Shown: positions 34,904 through 43,362 of the stretch, in pieces | How the letters are laid out: the number at the start of each line of letters is the position of its first letter | Numbering within the stretch: the first letter of the stretch is position 1 | DNA from: an uncultured Candidatus Saccharibacteria bacterium | GTDB lineage: Bacteria > Patescibacteriota > Saccharimonadia > Saccharimonadales > JAUPVS01 | Length of the DNA stretch: 64,000 nt | Assembly (NCBI GenBank): GCA_964410185.1 | Contig: CAYPFM010000003.1 | Span: 150,119-214,118, forward strand | Reading direction: 5' to 3' | Made by a program: the position numbers and the translations under genes | The notes under the pieces: model-generated | What the model was told of the DNA's origin: nothing | Database searches by the model: none | Seen by the model: the letters and a program-made list of their open reading frames with translations, nothing else

Positions 34904-35188
34904 ATGAACGAGGATATATTGTCCAGCTACGAGCAAGAATATAAAGCAACTCAAGAAGAGATCCATCATACCATAATTACTAAAAAACTTGGGTATCTTG
35001 GGATAGTATTTGGTGTAATAGGAGAGATCGGCGGGTTCCTGCTTGATAATCCCGGAATGATGTACATTAATGGCATAGCGTTAACTGTAGCCGCAGGTGC
35101 AGTACACCTATCAAACAAACGGATTAATACTCACGAACAAATCATCGACGATATGCGTGTTCTCTCTCAGCTTGAACAGGAATTTTGA
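34904..35188 (+). CDS. small two-TM membrane protein
   Basis: The ORF-track start 34895 overlaps the -10, so ATG 34904 is preferred. LGYLGIVFGVIGEIGGFLL and INGIALTVAAGAVHL helices. Confidence 0.45.
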   Translation: MNEDILSSYEQEYKATQEEIHHTIITKKLGYLGIVFGVIGEIGGFLLDNPGMMYINGIALTVAAGAVHLSNKRINTHEQIIDDMRVLSQLEQEF

Positions 35189-35242
35189 AGCATTTCTTTC
35201 GTGTTTGTAAATACCTCAATTTGTAAAAGAACAGGTCTTAAT

Positions 35243-35340
35243 GCTGGATTAGATCAAGGCTATAGCGTCGTTGAACCAGTTGTCAGGGGTGACGACCCCC
35301 TAAAAGTTATACGGACTATCCCTACGCCCCTACCACCACT
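35243..35340 (+). repeat. 98-nt direct repeat R2 (non-coding 3' gene remnant)
   Basis: Would translate to AGLDQGYSVVEPVVRGDDPLKVIRTIPTPLPPL but has no start codon upstream. Confidence 0.8.
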
Positions 35341-35366
35341 TCAGCACGGCTAACCAAGACGTCAAC

Positions 35367-35395
35367 TTGTAATAATATCATATTCGTGATATTAT
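35367..35395 (+). promoter_or_regulatory. promoter, leaderless geometry
   Basis: TTGTAA-N17-TATTAT-N7-ATG(35403). Confidence 0.45.
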
Positions 35396-35402
35396 ATATT
35401 TT

Positions 35403-35906
35403 ATGTCAGATATACTTTCGCGAGTAATTGAAACGAAGGAAGCCCGATATCGCTTTTTAGATAAAGAAGCAGCCGAACTTTTTCAAGCTGAAAAAAATAG
35501 AGCTCTCGGGCTATTCAAAAGTATCATTCGTGGCCGAGAGTACACGGAAGCAACAGTTATCAGTGGCACAGGAGGGTTGTCGCGACAGTACCAGTCAATA
35601 GCTTTTGGCACTCAAACCGTTCGGGGTAAAGAACAAAATGTTTTTATAGAGCCGTCTATACTGCAGAGGGATCTTGCGGCAGAGTTTCCTACTCATATTT
35701 CTCTCACAGCTCTCGTAGCAGAGTCTGCGGGAGTACTCTATCCTCGTAGTCAACACGGATATCATATGCCCGCTACCGGTTATGAAGTCGCGAACTTTGT
35801 ACTCACAGATAAAATGGGTCAATTCGGGCTTACACAAGCTGAGATGGACGCTGTAAACGACTTCAATGGCACTGCCCAAGCAATTGCTGAAATCATACAA
35901 GTATAA
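35403..35906 (+). CDS. hypothetical protein
   Basis: 167-aa ORF. Confidence 0.5.
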   Translation: MSDILSRVIETKEARYRFLDKEAAELFQAEKNRALGLFKSIIRGREYTEATVISGTGGLSRQYQSIAFGTQTVRGKEQNVFIEPSILQRDLAAEFPTHISLTALVAESAGVLYPRSQHGYHMPATGYEVANFVLTDKMGQFGLTQAEMDAVNDFNGTAQAIAEIIQV

Positions 35907-36015
35907 CGAGTGGATGGATTCGTACTGCCTATAAAGCATTACGTGTCGGCCTCAATCACACCACACCTTAGCGTAGGACTAGCAAAAAAGTTAGGTACCT
36001 TCGAGATGCTTTTGC

Positions 36016-36044
36016 TTGCAACCAAATACGGATAGTATCATAAT
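36016..36044 (+). promoter_or_regulatory. promoter
   Basis: TTGCTTGCAA-N17-CATAAT; about 50-nt leader with a GAAGGAG RBS. Confidence 0.45.
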
Positions 36045-36096
36045 TTGTTTTATAAAACCGAGATCCGTAAAGGTTATTATAGAAGGAGTTTTTGTT

Positions 36097-36381
36097 ATGT
36101 CCGAACAAAATAGAGCTGGTGAAGGCTTTATGTCACGCGATGATATAAGTGATGATGCCAAAGCACATTTATTTGGCACAATTGAGGTAGATTACGACAA
36201 TAAGTGCGGCGTATTTGAGGTAGATGCGAACAAAGACCCAGATGCCGTTATAGTAACAGTCGGTCCTAATACAGATCTTTCAGACCCAGACAAATTGGTT
36301 ACAGAAATCGATGGGCGCCCTGTCATGTATGATCGTGCAGAAGACATGCCAGAACTGCTCGTATTTCCTGAGGGAGAATAG
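36097..36381 (+). CDS. small acidic hypothetical protein
   Basis: Start moved to MSEQNRAGEG behind the RBS; 94 aa. Confidence 0.5.
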   Translation: MSEQNRAGEGFMSRDDISDDAKAHLFGTIEVDYDNKCGVFEVDANKDPDAVIVTVGPNTDLSDPDKLVTEIDGRPVMYDRAEDMPELLVFPEGE

Positions 36382-36388
36382 TGCTTCT

Positions 36389-36736
36389 ATGCCCGGTGCC
36401 ATAACTATAGACCCACAGGCAAGTGAATTGCTCGCTAGTATAGCATCATCAGTTCCGTTACCTTTTGGCGAACACGACATAAGCGCACGAACCCTGGAAT
36501 ATGAGTCCATTGCCAAAGCTATTGGCGAACGCCTTGCTTCAGGTGTAGTTTTTGATGGTCAAGATCAAGCTGCAACACCAAATGATCTACTGGAAGCGAT
36601 TACTGTTACCGCAGGTTCCATGCTGACGATAGATAACCCAAATTTATCTCGCTTTATAAACGATGAAGCGGCCGTAGCTTATGCCGGAATGGTGTATCAA
36701 ACTTGCGTTGGTGCGTTTGCTTTGGGGCAAGCATAA
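36389..36736 (+). CDS. hypothetical protein
   Basis: Start moved to MPGAITIDPQ; 115 aa, 7 nt after the upstream stop. Confidence 0.45.
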   Translation: MPGAITIDPQASELLASIASSVPLPFGEHDISARTLEYESIAKAIGERLASGVVFDGQDQAATPNDLLEAITVTAGSMLTIDNPNLSRFINDEAAVAYAGMVYQTCVGAFALGQA

Positions 36737-36755
36737 ACACAAACGAACATTTCTA

Positions 36756-37613
36756 TTAACTTCGTTCTGTAGCGGCTTCGATTTCTAGAGCTACTGGGTC
36801 TTTTTCGTCAATCAGCTGATCGTAGGGGTCTGTCGGTAGCTTACTTTCGTAGGACTCTAATAATTTAGCGAATAGGTCGGTCACACCAAATATGGTTGTC
36901 AGACGGTTAAGGTGATGTGCCACATCAAATCGGGCAAATTCAGCATTGGAAATACCATCTACATAAGGCATCGCAAAATCGCTTTTGATTGACGAAACGC
37001 CACTATACATACGTGACAGCACGTTGCCGCCCAAAAAACCGACACTTGTGCTTGTGCTATTCTTGGAGTCGACGATCAAAGAACCAGATTTTTTATCAAA
37101 CAACTCTGTAATTTCGTCATCAGTGTATGAACTGTGTAAGCGTTCAGCTAAACGTTGATCAATGCTTGGCAGATCTTTAGTCTTGACGGTTACACTTTGT
37201 ACACGATTATCAAGGCCGGTTGCCGTTGGTGGCTGCAGAAGTAGATCGGTCTTGCTTTCGGATTGTTGGGCACGTCCAACGATGAAGAACGGACGAGCAC
37301 GTCCGTAATGGGTTAGATTATACCAAAGTACTGATGATTGAAGCGCCTGGGCAGTGTAAACATCTTCTACGGAAAATACTTGTGTATACCCACTGCCAAC
37401 TTCATCCGTATGTGGAAGCAAATCAATGGTGTCGCGCACAAGAGCCGCATTGGCATAGGCATGTTCGGCTTCATACTTTAGGGCCTCCAATGTCCGGGCG
37501 GGCTTAGACAGCTCACCAGCTAAAAGCTCACGAACTTGTTCGTAGTGAGGTGACATCTCCCCTGCATATACATCGAGGCCTTGGCGCGCTAATTCAATAC
37601 TTGGTTGATTCAT
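36756..37613 (-). CDS. hypothetical protein
   Basis: Start moved to MNQPSIELAR, consistent with the promoter geometry; 285 aa. Confidence 0.5.
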   Translation of the reverse strand: MNQPSIELARQGLDVYAGEMSPHYEQVRELLAGELSKPARTLEALKYEAEHAYANAALVRDTIDLLPHTDEVGSGYTQVFSVEDVYTAQALQSSVLWYNLTHYGRARPFFIVGRAQQSESKTDLLLQPPTATGLDNRVQSVTVKTKDLPSIDQRLAERLHSSYTDDEITELFDKKSGSLIVDSKNSTSTSVGFLGGNVLSRMYSGVSSIKSDFAMPYVDGISNAEFARFDVAHHLNRLTTIFGVTDLFAKLLESYESKLPTDPYDQLIDEKDPVALEIEAATERS

Positions 37614-37617
37614 CACT

Positions 37618-37646
37618 ATAATAGCATAAGCGTGTACTATTGTCAA
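37618..37646 (-). promoter_or_regulatory. consensus promoter, leaderless geometry
   Basis: Minus strand TTGACA-N17-TATTAT-AGTG-ATG(37613). Confidence 0.5.
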
Positions 37647-37700
37647 TATCTGTCGTTCTGTTCTCTATGTTTAAATCAAGAACGAGCTGACAGGTTGATT

Positions 37701-37970
37701 TTAGCTGCGATCGGGTGGAATTATCTCATCAAAGGAGTCGAGTGCAGCCTGAAACCTTTGAATATAGTCATCAGTCGGCTCACTGTCTAAACTCTGACTA
37801 GACGCATCATCAATTGAAACAAGTGCGGCTTGGAATCGTTTCTCCTCATCTTCAGACGATTTGCCGTCCAGGCTAGGCCAGCCTCCTCTTGGACCATCAA
37901 GTATCCAAGCACCAATTTGGTATCTTGGCTCCGAGGTATGGAATTCTGGTTGGAGTCTTTTCTCACTCAT
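37701..37970 (-). CDS. small acidic protein with an internal repeat
   Basis: 89 aa; KRFQAALVSIDD and QRFQAALDSFDE repeat. Confidence 0.45.
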   Translation of the reverse strand: MSEKRLQPEFHTSEPRYQIGAWILDGPRGGWPSLDGKSSEDEEKRFQAALVSIDDASSQSLDSEPTDDYIQRFQAALDSFDEIIPPDRS

Positions 37971-37972
37971 AA

Positions 37973-38446
37973 TTAGGCATCCTTATCAATTTTGGAAATT
38001 GCTTGGTCGATATCGGTCTCCTCCCGAGCTAAATTTCCATCTCTATATATTGTTTTACGCTTATATGACTCTCTTAGCAATTCTACACCATTTGCTTTGA
38101 TTATCTTTCGCAGTCCGGGTGAGCACATAAAGCCCGAGGCGTCACTTGTATTTTTAGGATAGCCGTAAGCTGGCATAATTTGTCGAACCTCTGGGTCAGT
38201 TAGTGTGTAACCTCGCCTCATGATCTCTGCTATAACACGTCCTAATCGTAACCGTCCTGGGTTTGCCGAATGATGGTCAGGGCCACTTTGGGTCAAAGGC
38301 TCTTCGCTTTGTATCCCACCTAAGTGATGTACCGTGGTTGTATCCACCTCAGTATGAGGAATGTCTGCATTGCCGGGGTTAGCCAATGCTAAATTATCAT
38401 CTACATTACGCATTGACAAAGGCTGGTCTGATTCAGCTGAGATCAT
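37973..38446 (-). CDS. hypothetical protein
   Basis: ATG 38446 (MISAESDQ) preferred over the TTG at 38455; the stop lies 2 nt from the next start. Confidence 0.45.
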   Translation of the reverse strand: MISAESDQPLSMRNVDDNLALANPGNADIPHTEVDTTTVHHLGGIQSEEPLTQSGPDHHSANPGRLRLGRVIAEIMRRGYTLTDPEVRQIMPAYGYPKNTSDASGFMCSPGLRKIIKANGVELLRESYKRKTIYRDGNLAREETDIDQAISKIDKDA

Positions 38447-38555
38447 AGAATACAAAGTATCACACCCCTGGTGTTTAATAAATCAGTTATGGTTGAAGCA
38501 AGTAAAACTGCACTTTAGTACTTAGATGAAGACATTTGGGTGCCATTAGGGCAGT

Positions 38556-39047
38556 CTAATTATTTGAACCGTGTCGGGCGGCAAAACATTCGGTAAGATT
38601 ATCGAGCATCCACGCAGCCACATAGTTCATTCCACCAAACTCATCAATCCCTGCCAGATCGTCTTTCTTAGCTAGACTTAACCAAGTAATCTCGTCACTC
38701 GGACCCTTCGTGTTACCAACGTTTTCAGTGATACGGCCACTCTGAAAAATATTCATTTTTACAGCACCCCAACCGCCTTCGGCGTGATATGCGGATACTA
38801 TCTCTATAACCGGTTCGTCTGGCGATCGTTCGTTATACAGATCGATGGAACGACGCATAGTAGGATCTTCCGGGACAGGCACTTCAATACCTCGCTGGAT
38901 GACCCTACCATGGCGATCGGTCACAATATCAACATCCTCATGGGTTAGTACTTCTTGAGATATTAGAGAAATTAAAGCAGTCGCTAAGACTTTTTGTCTT
39001 TCGAGCCCGAACAGGCCTTCTATTGGATTTGGTTCACCAAGAGACAT
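38556..39047 (-). CDS. hypothetical protein
   Basis: Start moved to MSLGEPNPIE because the track start falls inside the -35 hexamer; 163 aa. Confidence 0.5.
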   Translation of the reverse strand: MSLGEPNPIEGLFGLERQKVLATALISLISQEVLTHEDVDIVTDRHGRVIQRGIEVPVPEDPTMRRSIDLYNERSPDEPVIEIVSAYHAEGGWGAVKMNIFQSGRITENVGNTKGPSDEITWLSLAKKDDLAGIDEFGGMNYVAAWMLDNLTECFAARHGSNN

Positions 39048-39054
39048 TAACAAT

Positions 39055-39083
39055 ATAGTAAAACCATTCCAAGTAACTGTCAA
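39055..39083 (-). promoter_or_regulatory. consensus promoter, leaderless geometry
   Basis: Minus strand TTGACA-N17-TACTAT-N7-ATG(39047). Confidence 0.5.
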
Positions 39084-39361
39084 TTATACAGTACGGTAAT
39101 TATCCCTTCGAACCATAATACTTAAATTGTGGCCACTTTTCGGTATACCGGTATGTATGAAACCAAAAAAGCCTTCTAAATCGACCAACGAAGATAATGC
39201 CTGGCAAGAAAAGATAGAGAAACAAGTTAACGCCGAAAAGGTACAAATAGATCACCCACGGGGTAAAGAGCGATTCGATCGAGTTATCGGTAACTCTCTA
39301 AAGAAAAAACTAAAAGAAGACTAGAGCGAAGATCCAAGTGGGGTGCAGGAGGCGTAGGTAG

Positions 39362-39391
39362 AAAAAACCGGAGACCATTTCTGGTCTCCGG
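39362..39391 (-). terminator. rho-independent terminator
   Basis: Perfect 10-bp stem CCGGAGACCA-TTTC-TGGTCTCCGG followed on the minus strand by TTTTTT. Confidence 0.7.
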
Positions 39392-39423
39392 CACCTCTTA
39401 GTGCTACTTCACATCACGTATCT

Positions 39424-39672
39424 TTACTGATTATCAGGTACTTCGGGAGCACCCGTTGTATCATGTTGATCTCCTTCCTGGACATTGTCGTTATCCGCTT
39501 TACCTTTATCGTTTGCTTCGCTTTGACTAGATTCGTTCTTAACCGTGGGCTGTGGTTGCGATTGAACTGGGTTTGACGGCGGAGTCTGTGCATGTACCTG
39601 TGACATAGCGACCGCTCCGCTTCCACCTAAAATTGCTAGTGTTGCAGCGAATGCAAGTAATCGTTTCTTCAT
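39424..39672 (-). CDS. small secreted Pro/Gln-rich protein
   Basis: Signal peptide MKKRLLAFAATLAILGGSGAVAMSQVHAQ. Confidence 0.55.
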   Translation of the reverse strand: MKKRLLAFAATLAILGGSGAVAMSQVHAQTPPSNPVQSQPQPTVKNESSQSEANDKGKADNDNVQEGDQHDTTGAPEVPDNQ

Positions 39673-39820
39673 GATTGCATCCTTTGTGTTAAATACTAAT
39701 GATGTTTTTACTTATATTGCTACTCCTTTCTGGTATCAATGAGGTCGATACCTATAACTAGCCTAACTGAGTAACATGGGACTGCCATGAGAAAGAGTCG
39801 TACCATAGATAAATCATGTT

Positions 39821-41488
39821 CTACATTTCATGATTCATGACCTTATTTAAAGCGTACATAATGCGGCTAAAGCCCCGAACTCCTCCTTTATACGCAATGT
39901 AACGACTACGCCAAGTTGGCTCGTACTTCGACTTAAATCGGCGCAGACCATTAAAAGAATAGAAGCGATCACCATTTGAATAGACGAATGCCATCACAGA
40001 ATTTATAACTGACTTTTCGTCTGACTGCTTGACTAATCCTGATAAAGGACACAGGCCTAGGTTTACGGCTCGAAAACCTTGTTGCTGTGCAGTTTGAAAA
40101 AATGCCATAAGAAGATAGTCATTAACGTTACCGAGAGATTTACTTGTGTGGCGTAGTAAGTCATAGTTAGACTCCTTGGATTGGTATGTAGGAACTTGGT
40201 TAATAAACGCCTGAATCATTCCCGCCGAATCTCTGGCTACCAACAGGTTACATTGTTGCAAGTAGTCCTCACTAAAATATCCCATAACAAATCCTCGTTC
40301 CTGACGACCCGGCAAAGTGAGCCAATCACTAGAGACTTCACGAAGACGCCCGATAGTCGTAATTTGGTGTGGTGGAGTTAGCAGTTCCCAGCTATATCCT
40401 TGTCTATCAAACTTATTTTTAATCTGTCTGAAGTACTTGTTACGCGACGTAGTCTTGCAAAATTCAGTAACGTCAACAACTGCTTCTTCGCCTATTTTTT
40501 GTGTGGCGAAATTCTGTTGACGATATAATTCTAACGAACTTTTAGGTAGATGTATGAAGGCTGGCAGCCAGTCGTTCAGACGGCTGAAGTCGACAAAATC
40601 TATGACAAGCTGTTCACGATAATTTTTTTTACCAATCGGATCACCGACAACCAAAGCAACTCCTCGCTGAACACGATATGCTATGGTTGCCTGGTGGTTT
40701 TCACGCTCCCCGCTAAAGTAGCTTTTATCGGTAGGCCATATTTTAAAGAAGTCCTCACTGTCGTTAGAGCCTTGCCCGAGTAGCTTCAGGGCACTATCTC
40801 TATTATGAGTTAAGCTCGAAAACTTGAAGCGGACAGGCTGAAACAAAGAAATAATTACGTATACGAGCGCTGTAGCACTTAAAATATTGAGGCTATCTAC
40901 AAACGTAGCTGCACGACGAGTATACGGCACAAGCTCTTCGTGAGTCGTAATGCCGAATTGGTCTACGGTATGATGTAAACTGCTAGCAAGACTGATCTCT
41001 TGATGAAAATCATGAGTATCGAGTAATCCATACCCAACGCACCCGTACGTTAGAATAATAACTAACAGAATACCTATTACTTTAAGTGAGACGTCGAAGC
41101 TCTGAATAGCACTTTTGACCCTATAGAAACGGTGAAAACAAATCAATAATACAACCATTGTCAATGGTAACAGCATCTTTTGAGTGAATACCAAGGGATG
41201 ATGGAGTGGATTGTGACCATAGTAATATACGCTGTTAATGACAAGCAAGAAGATGTAGAGAAGCACTGCCGCGATCCAAGCAGTTCGTTTTTGCCTGTGC
41301 AAGAGTGCACCTAGATAGACTAAGCTTAGGCCACTAACTAAGCGGAGGGTGATAATATCATCTGTAATGCTTCGCAAACGTAGCTGAGCTATCAATGTGC
41401 TCGAGATGATAACTAATCCGTTACCGATAACACCGATCGCAATAATCTTCAGGATAAACTTTTGATTCGAATAATACTTTCGTATCAT
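39821..41488 (-). CDS. MprF-like phosphatidylglycerol aminoacyl-transferase (TM domain plus DUF2156/LPG-synthase C-domain)
   Basis: Start moved to MIRKYYS (ATGA overlap with the upstream stop). ATIAYRVQRGVALVVGDPIG, NLGLCPLSGL, LRRFKSKYEPTW. Confidence 0.7.
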   Translation of the reverse strand: MIRKYYSNQKFILKIIAIGVIGNGLVIISSTLIAQLRLRSITDDIITLRLVSGLSLVYLGALLHRQKRTAWIAAVLLYIFLLVINSVYYYGHNPLHHPLVFTQKMLLPLTMVVLLICFHRFYRVKSAIQSFDVSLKVIGILLVIILTYGCVGYGLLDTHDFHQEISLASSLHHTVDQFGITTHEELVPYTRRAATFVDSLNILSATALVYVIISLFQPVRFKFSSLTHNRDSALKLLGQGSNDSEDFFKIWPTDKSYFSGERENHQATIAYRVQRGVALVVGDPIGKKNYREQLVIDFVDFSRLNDWLPAFIHLPKSSLELYRQQNFATQKIGEEAVVDVTEFCKTTSRNKYFRQIKNKFDRQGYSWELLTPPHQITTIGRLREVSSDWLTLPGRQERGFVMGYFSEDYLQQCNLLVARDSAGMIQAFINQVPTYQSKESNYDLLRHTSKSLGNVNDYLLMAFFQTAQQQGFRAVNLGLCPLSGLVKQSDEKSVINSVMAFVYSNGDRFYSFNGLRRFKSKYEPTWRSRYIAYKGGVRGFSRIMYALNKVMNHEM

Positions 41489-42774
41489 AGCTGTGATGTT
41501 AGGCCGAGATTCTGGGATAACCACGGTAAAGAGTCATGATAAACTTGTGACCAAACATAGAAGGAGTGCGTACCTTTTATAGCCTCAATACTAACGTCCA
41601 TGCCACTTGCTTTGCTTAAGTCATAGAGATCTTTTGCGTCCTTCTGAATTGCTTTCGTATCATCTCGACCGTATCCGTACCAACCGTGTATCCCACTAAA
41701 TTTATGTGTTCGGAGAATTGTAGCAGGATCGTGCTTAAGATAGTTTTCTTCTGAACCGCCAAATAGTGTCGTAATAGTTGCGGCCCGCGAGCCAACTTGG
41801 AGTCGAGCTTCACCGCTAAAATCAACGAAATTCGTGTATACATTCGGATGTCGTAGAGCTAACATAACGCCACAAGTGCCACCATTGCTGAGACCTCCGA
41901 TTGCCCACGACTCAGGTTGTTCAATCACATTGTAGTGAGTCTTGAGGTATGAAGGCACATCGATTGTAAGATACGTCTCAACTTTACCGCGCGAGCTGTC
42001 AACGCATTCCGTGTCACCTGTCTGGCTGCCGTTTTGATCCACCAACACCACCAATGGGGCTAATCCTTTGTGCTTTGCAGCAAAGTCATTAGTGGTCTTT
42101 TCTAGATTTCCACCATTCAACCAATCAATAGGGCCACCAGGGGTGCCTGCCATAAGTATAACAACTGGCAACTTTAGCTCTGATACCGTGAGTCCCGCCG
42201 GGGGCATATATATAAATGCATTACGAGCTTTAAATCCAGACTTATCACCCGGGATTGTAACGTCAAACACCTTACCCTGGCTCGGCATACTAGATAAGGC
42301 TGTAAATGATTTTTCGATACTATGGTCTAGCTTGTTTTTCCCAGTGACGCTATTTGAACGTAGTATGGTTACTTGATCCTGATCCTTGCTCGATTGAGAG
42401 TGCGACACCAGGCTTGCTAAGGTTGGGTAATAGCCATACGACTTATTTGCTAGCACCGCGATAAATAAAACTGACAAAATAAAGCAGAGGGACGAAAGCC
42501 CTACGTATTTTGTATCTTTTCGGATATTAAATAGCGTCAGACATAGGCACACAACTAACGGTAGCGGAGCGAGCCAGAGATCGTCCGGGAATAAGTCACC
42601 TCGAAATAATGTATGAATAGCTGTGATATCTATCAGGACAACGCCAATAAACGCTCCAAAAATACCTAAAAAGAAGGAGCGTTTTGACAGCTTTGATTGC
42701 GCCAGTAAATACACCTCAGTCCCAACAATAAGAGACGTTACAATGATTAAGATATTTAAACTAAGTAAATTCAA
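41485..42774 (-). CDS. membrane-anchored alpha/beta-hydrolase esterase
   Basis: N-terminal TM helices; nucleophile elbow WAIGGLSNGG. Confidence 0.65.
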   Translation of the reverse strand: MNLLSLNILIIVTSLIVGTEVYLLAQSKLSKRSFFLGIFGAFIGVVLIDITAIHTLFRGDLFPDDLWLAPLPLVVCLCLTLFNIRKDTKYVGLSSLCFILSVLFIAVLANKSYGYYPTLASLVSHSQSSKDQDQVTILRSNSVTGKNKLDHSIEKSFTALSSMPSQGKVFDVTIPGDKSGFKARNAFIYMPPAGLTVSELKLPVVILMAGTPGGPIDWLNGGNLEKTTNDFAAKHKGLAPLVVLVDQNGSQTGDTECVDSSRGKVETYLTIDVPSYLKTHYNVIEQPESWAIGGLSNGGTCGVMLALRHPNVYTNFVDFSGEARLQVGSRAATITTLFGGSEENYLKHDPATILRTHKFSGIHGWYGYGRDDTKAIQKDAKDLYDLSKASGMDVSIEAIKGTHSFYVWSQVYHDSLPWLSQNLGLTSQL

Positions 42775-42798
42775 GAATAATAAATACCCATCTTAAGA

Positions 42799-43362
42799 CT
42801 AACCGGCCGTTTCACCCGTTCCGACAGATTTCTTAGCAGCACCAGTTGCTGGCTTAAAACCAGGGGCACTGACTTGGATCGTGAAGTCTACTTCGTTCTT
42901 AGAACTACGATATAAGCTGTATTTGTTCTCTGGATAGTGACCAGCACCACTTTCATTATCAAAGTAGATGGTCTTAGACTCATTTGGGGATAGTTGTAGA
43001 CCCGTTAGTACCTGATGGTATGCCTCAGTCTGGCCAGTTGTTGCATCCTTCATCTGGTAGTAGATCTCCATGTTTGACATGGCCTGTGTGCTCGTATTGT
43101 GCAAGGTAATTTGTAGTCGGTCAGAGATTGCCTGCTTGGTTACAGGATCTGCATTGTCTTCAACGGCCGCGGCAGTAATTGCAAGCCCGGCCTGAGTACT
43201 GGCATTTTGAATAGGGTTGGCACTGACGGGCAGAACCTGTGAACTCCCACTATTCTTAGATGGTGTTACTTTCTTGGCTTTGGTAAGTTGCCAGGCGCTT
43301 ACTCCGCTGACTACAACAATCACAACAACTATAATTGGTATTATTTTCCTCATGTTAAACAT
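42799..43362 (-). CDS. membrane-anchored extracytoplasmic protein
   Basis: Single N-terminal TM helix; 187 aa. Confidence 0.45.
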   Translation of the reverse strand: MFNMRKIIPIIVVVIVVVSGVSAWQLTKAKKVTPSKNSGSSQVLPVSANPIQNASTQAGLAITAAAVEDNADPVTKQAISDRLQITLHNTSTQAMSNMEIYYQMKDATTGQTEAYHQVLTGLQLSPNESKTIYFDNESGAGHYPENKYSLYRSSKNEVDFTIQVSAPGFKPATGAAKKSVGTGETAG

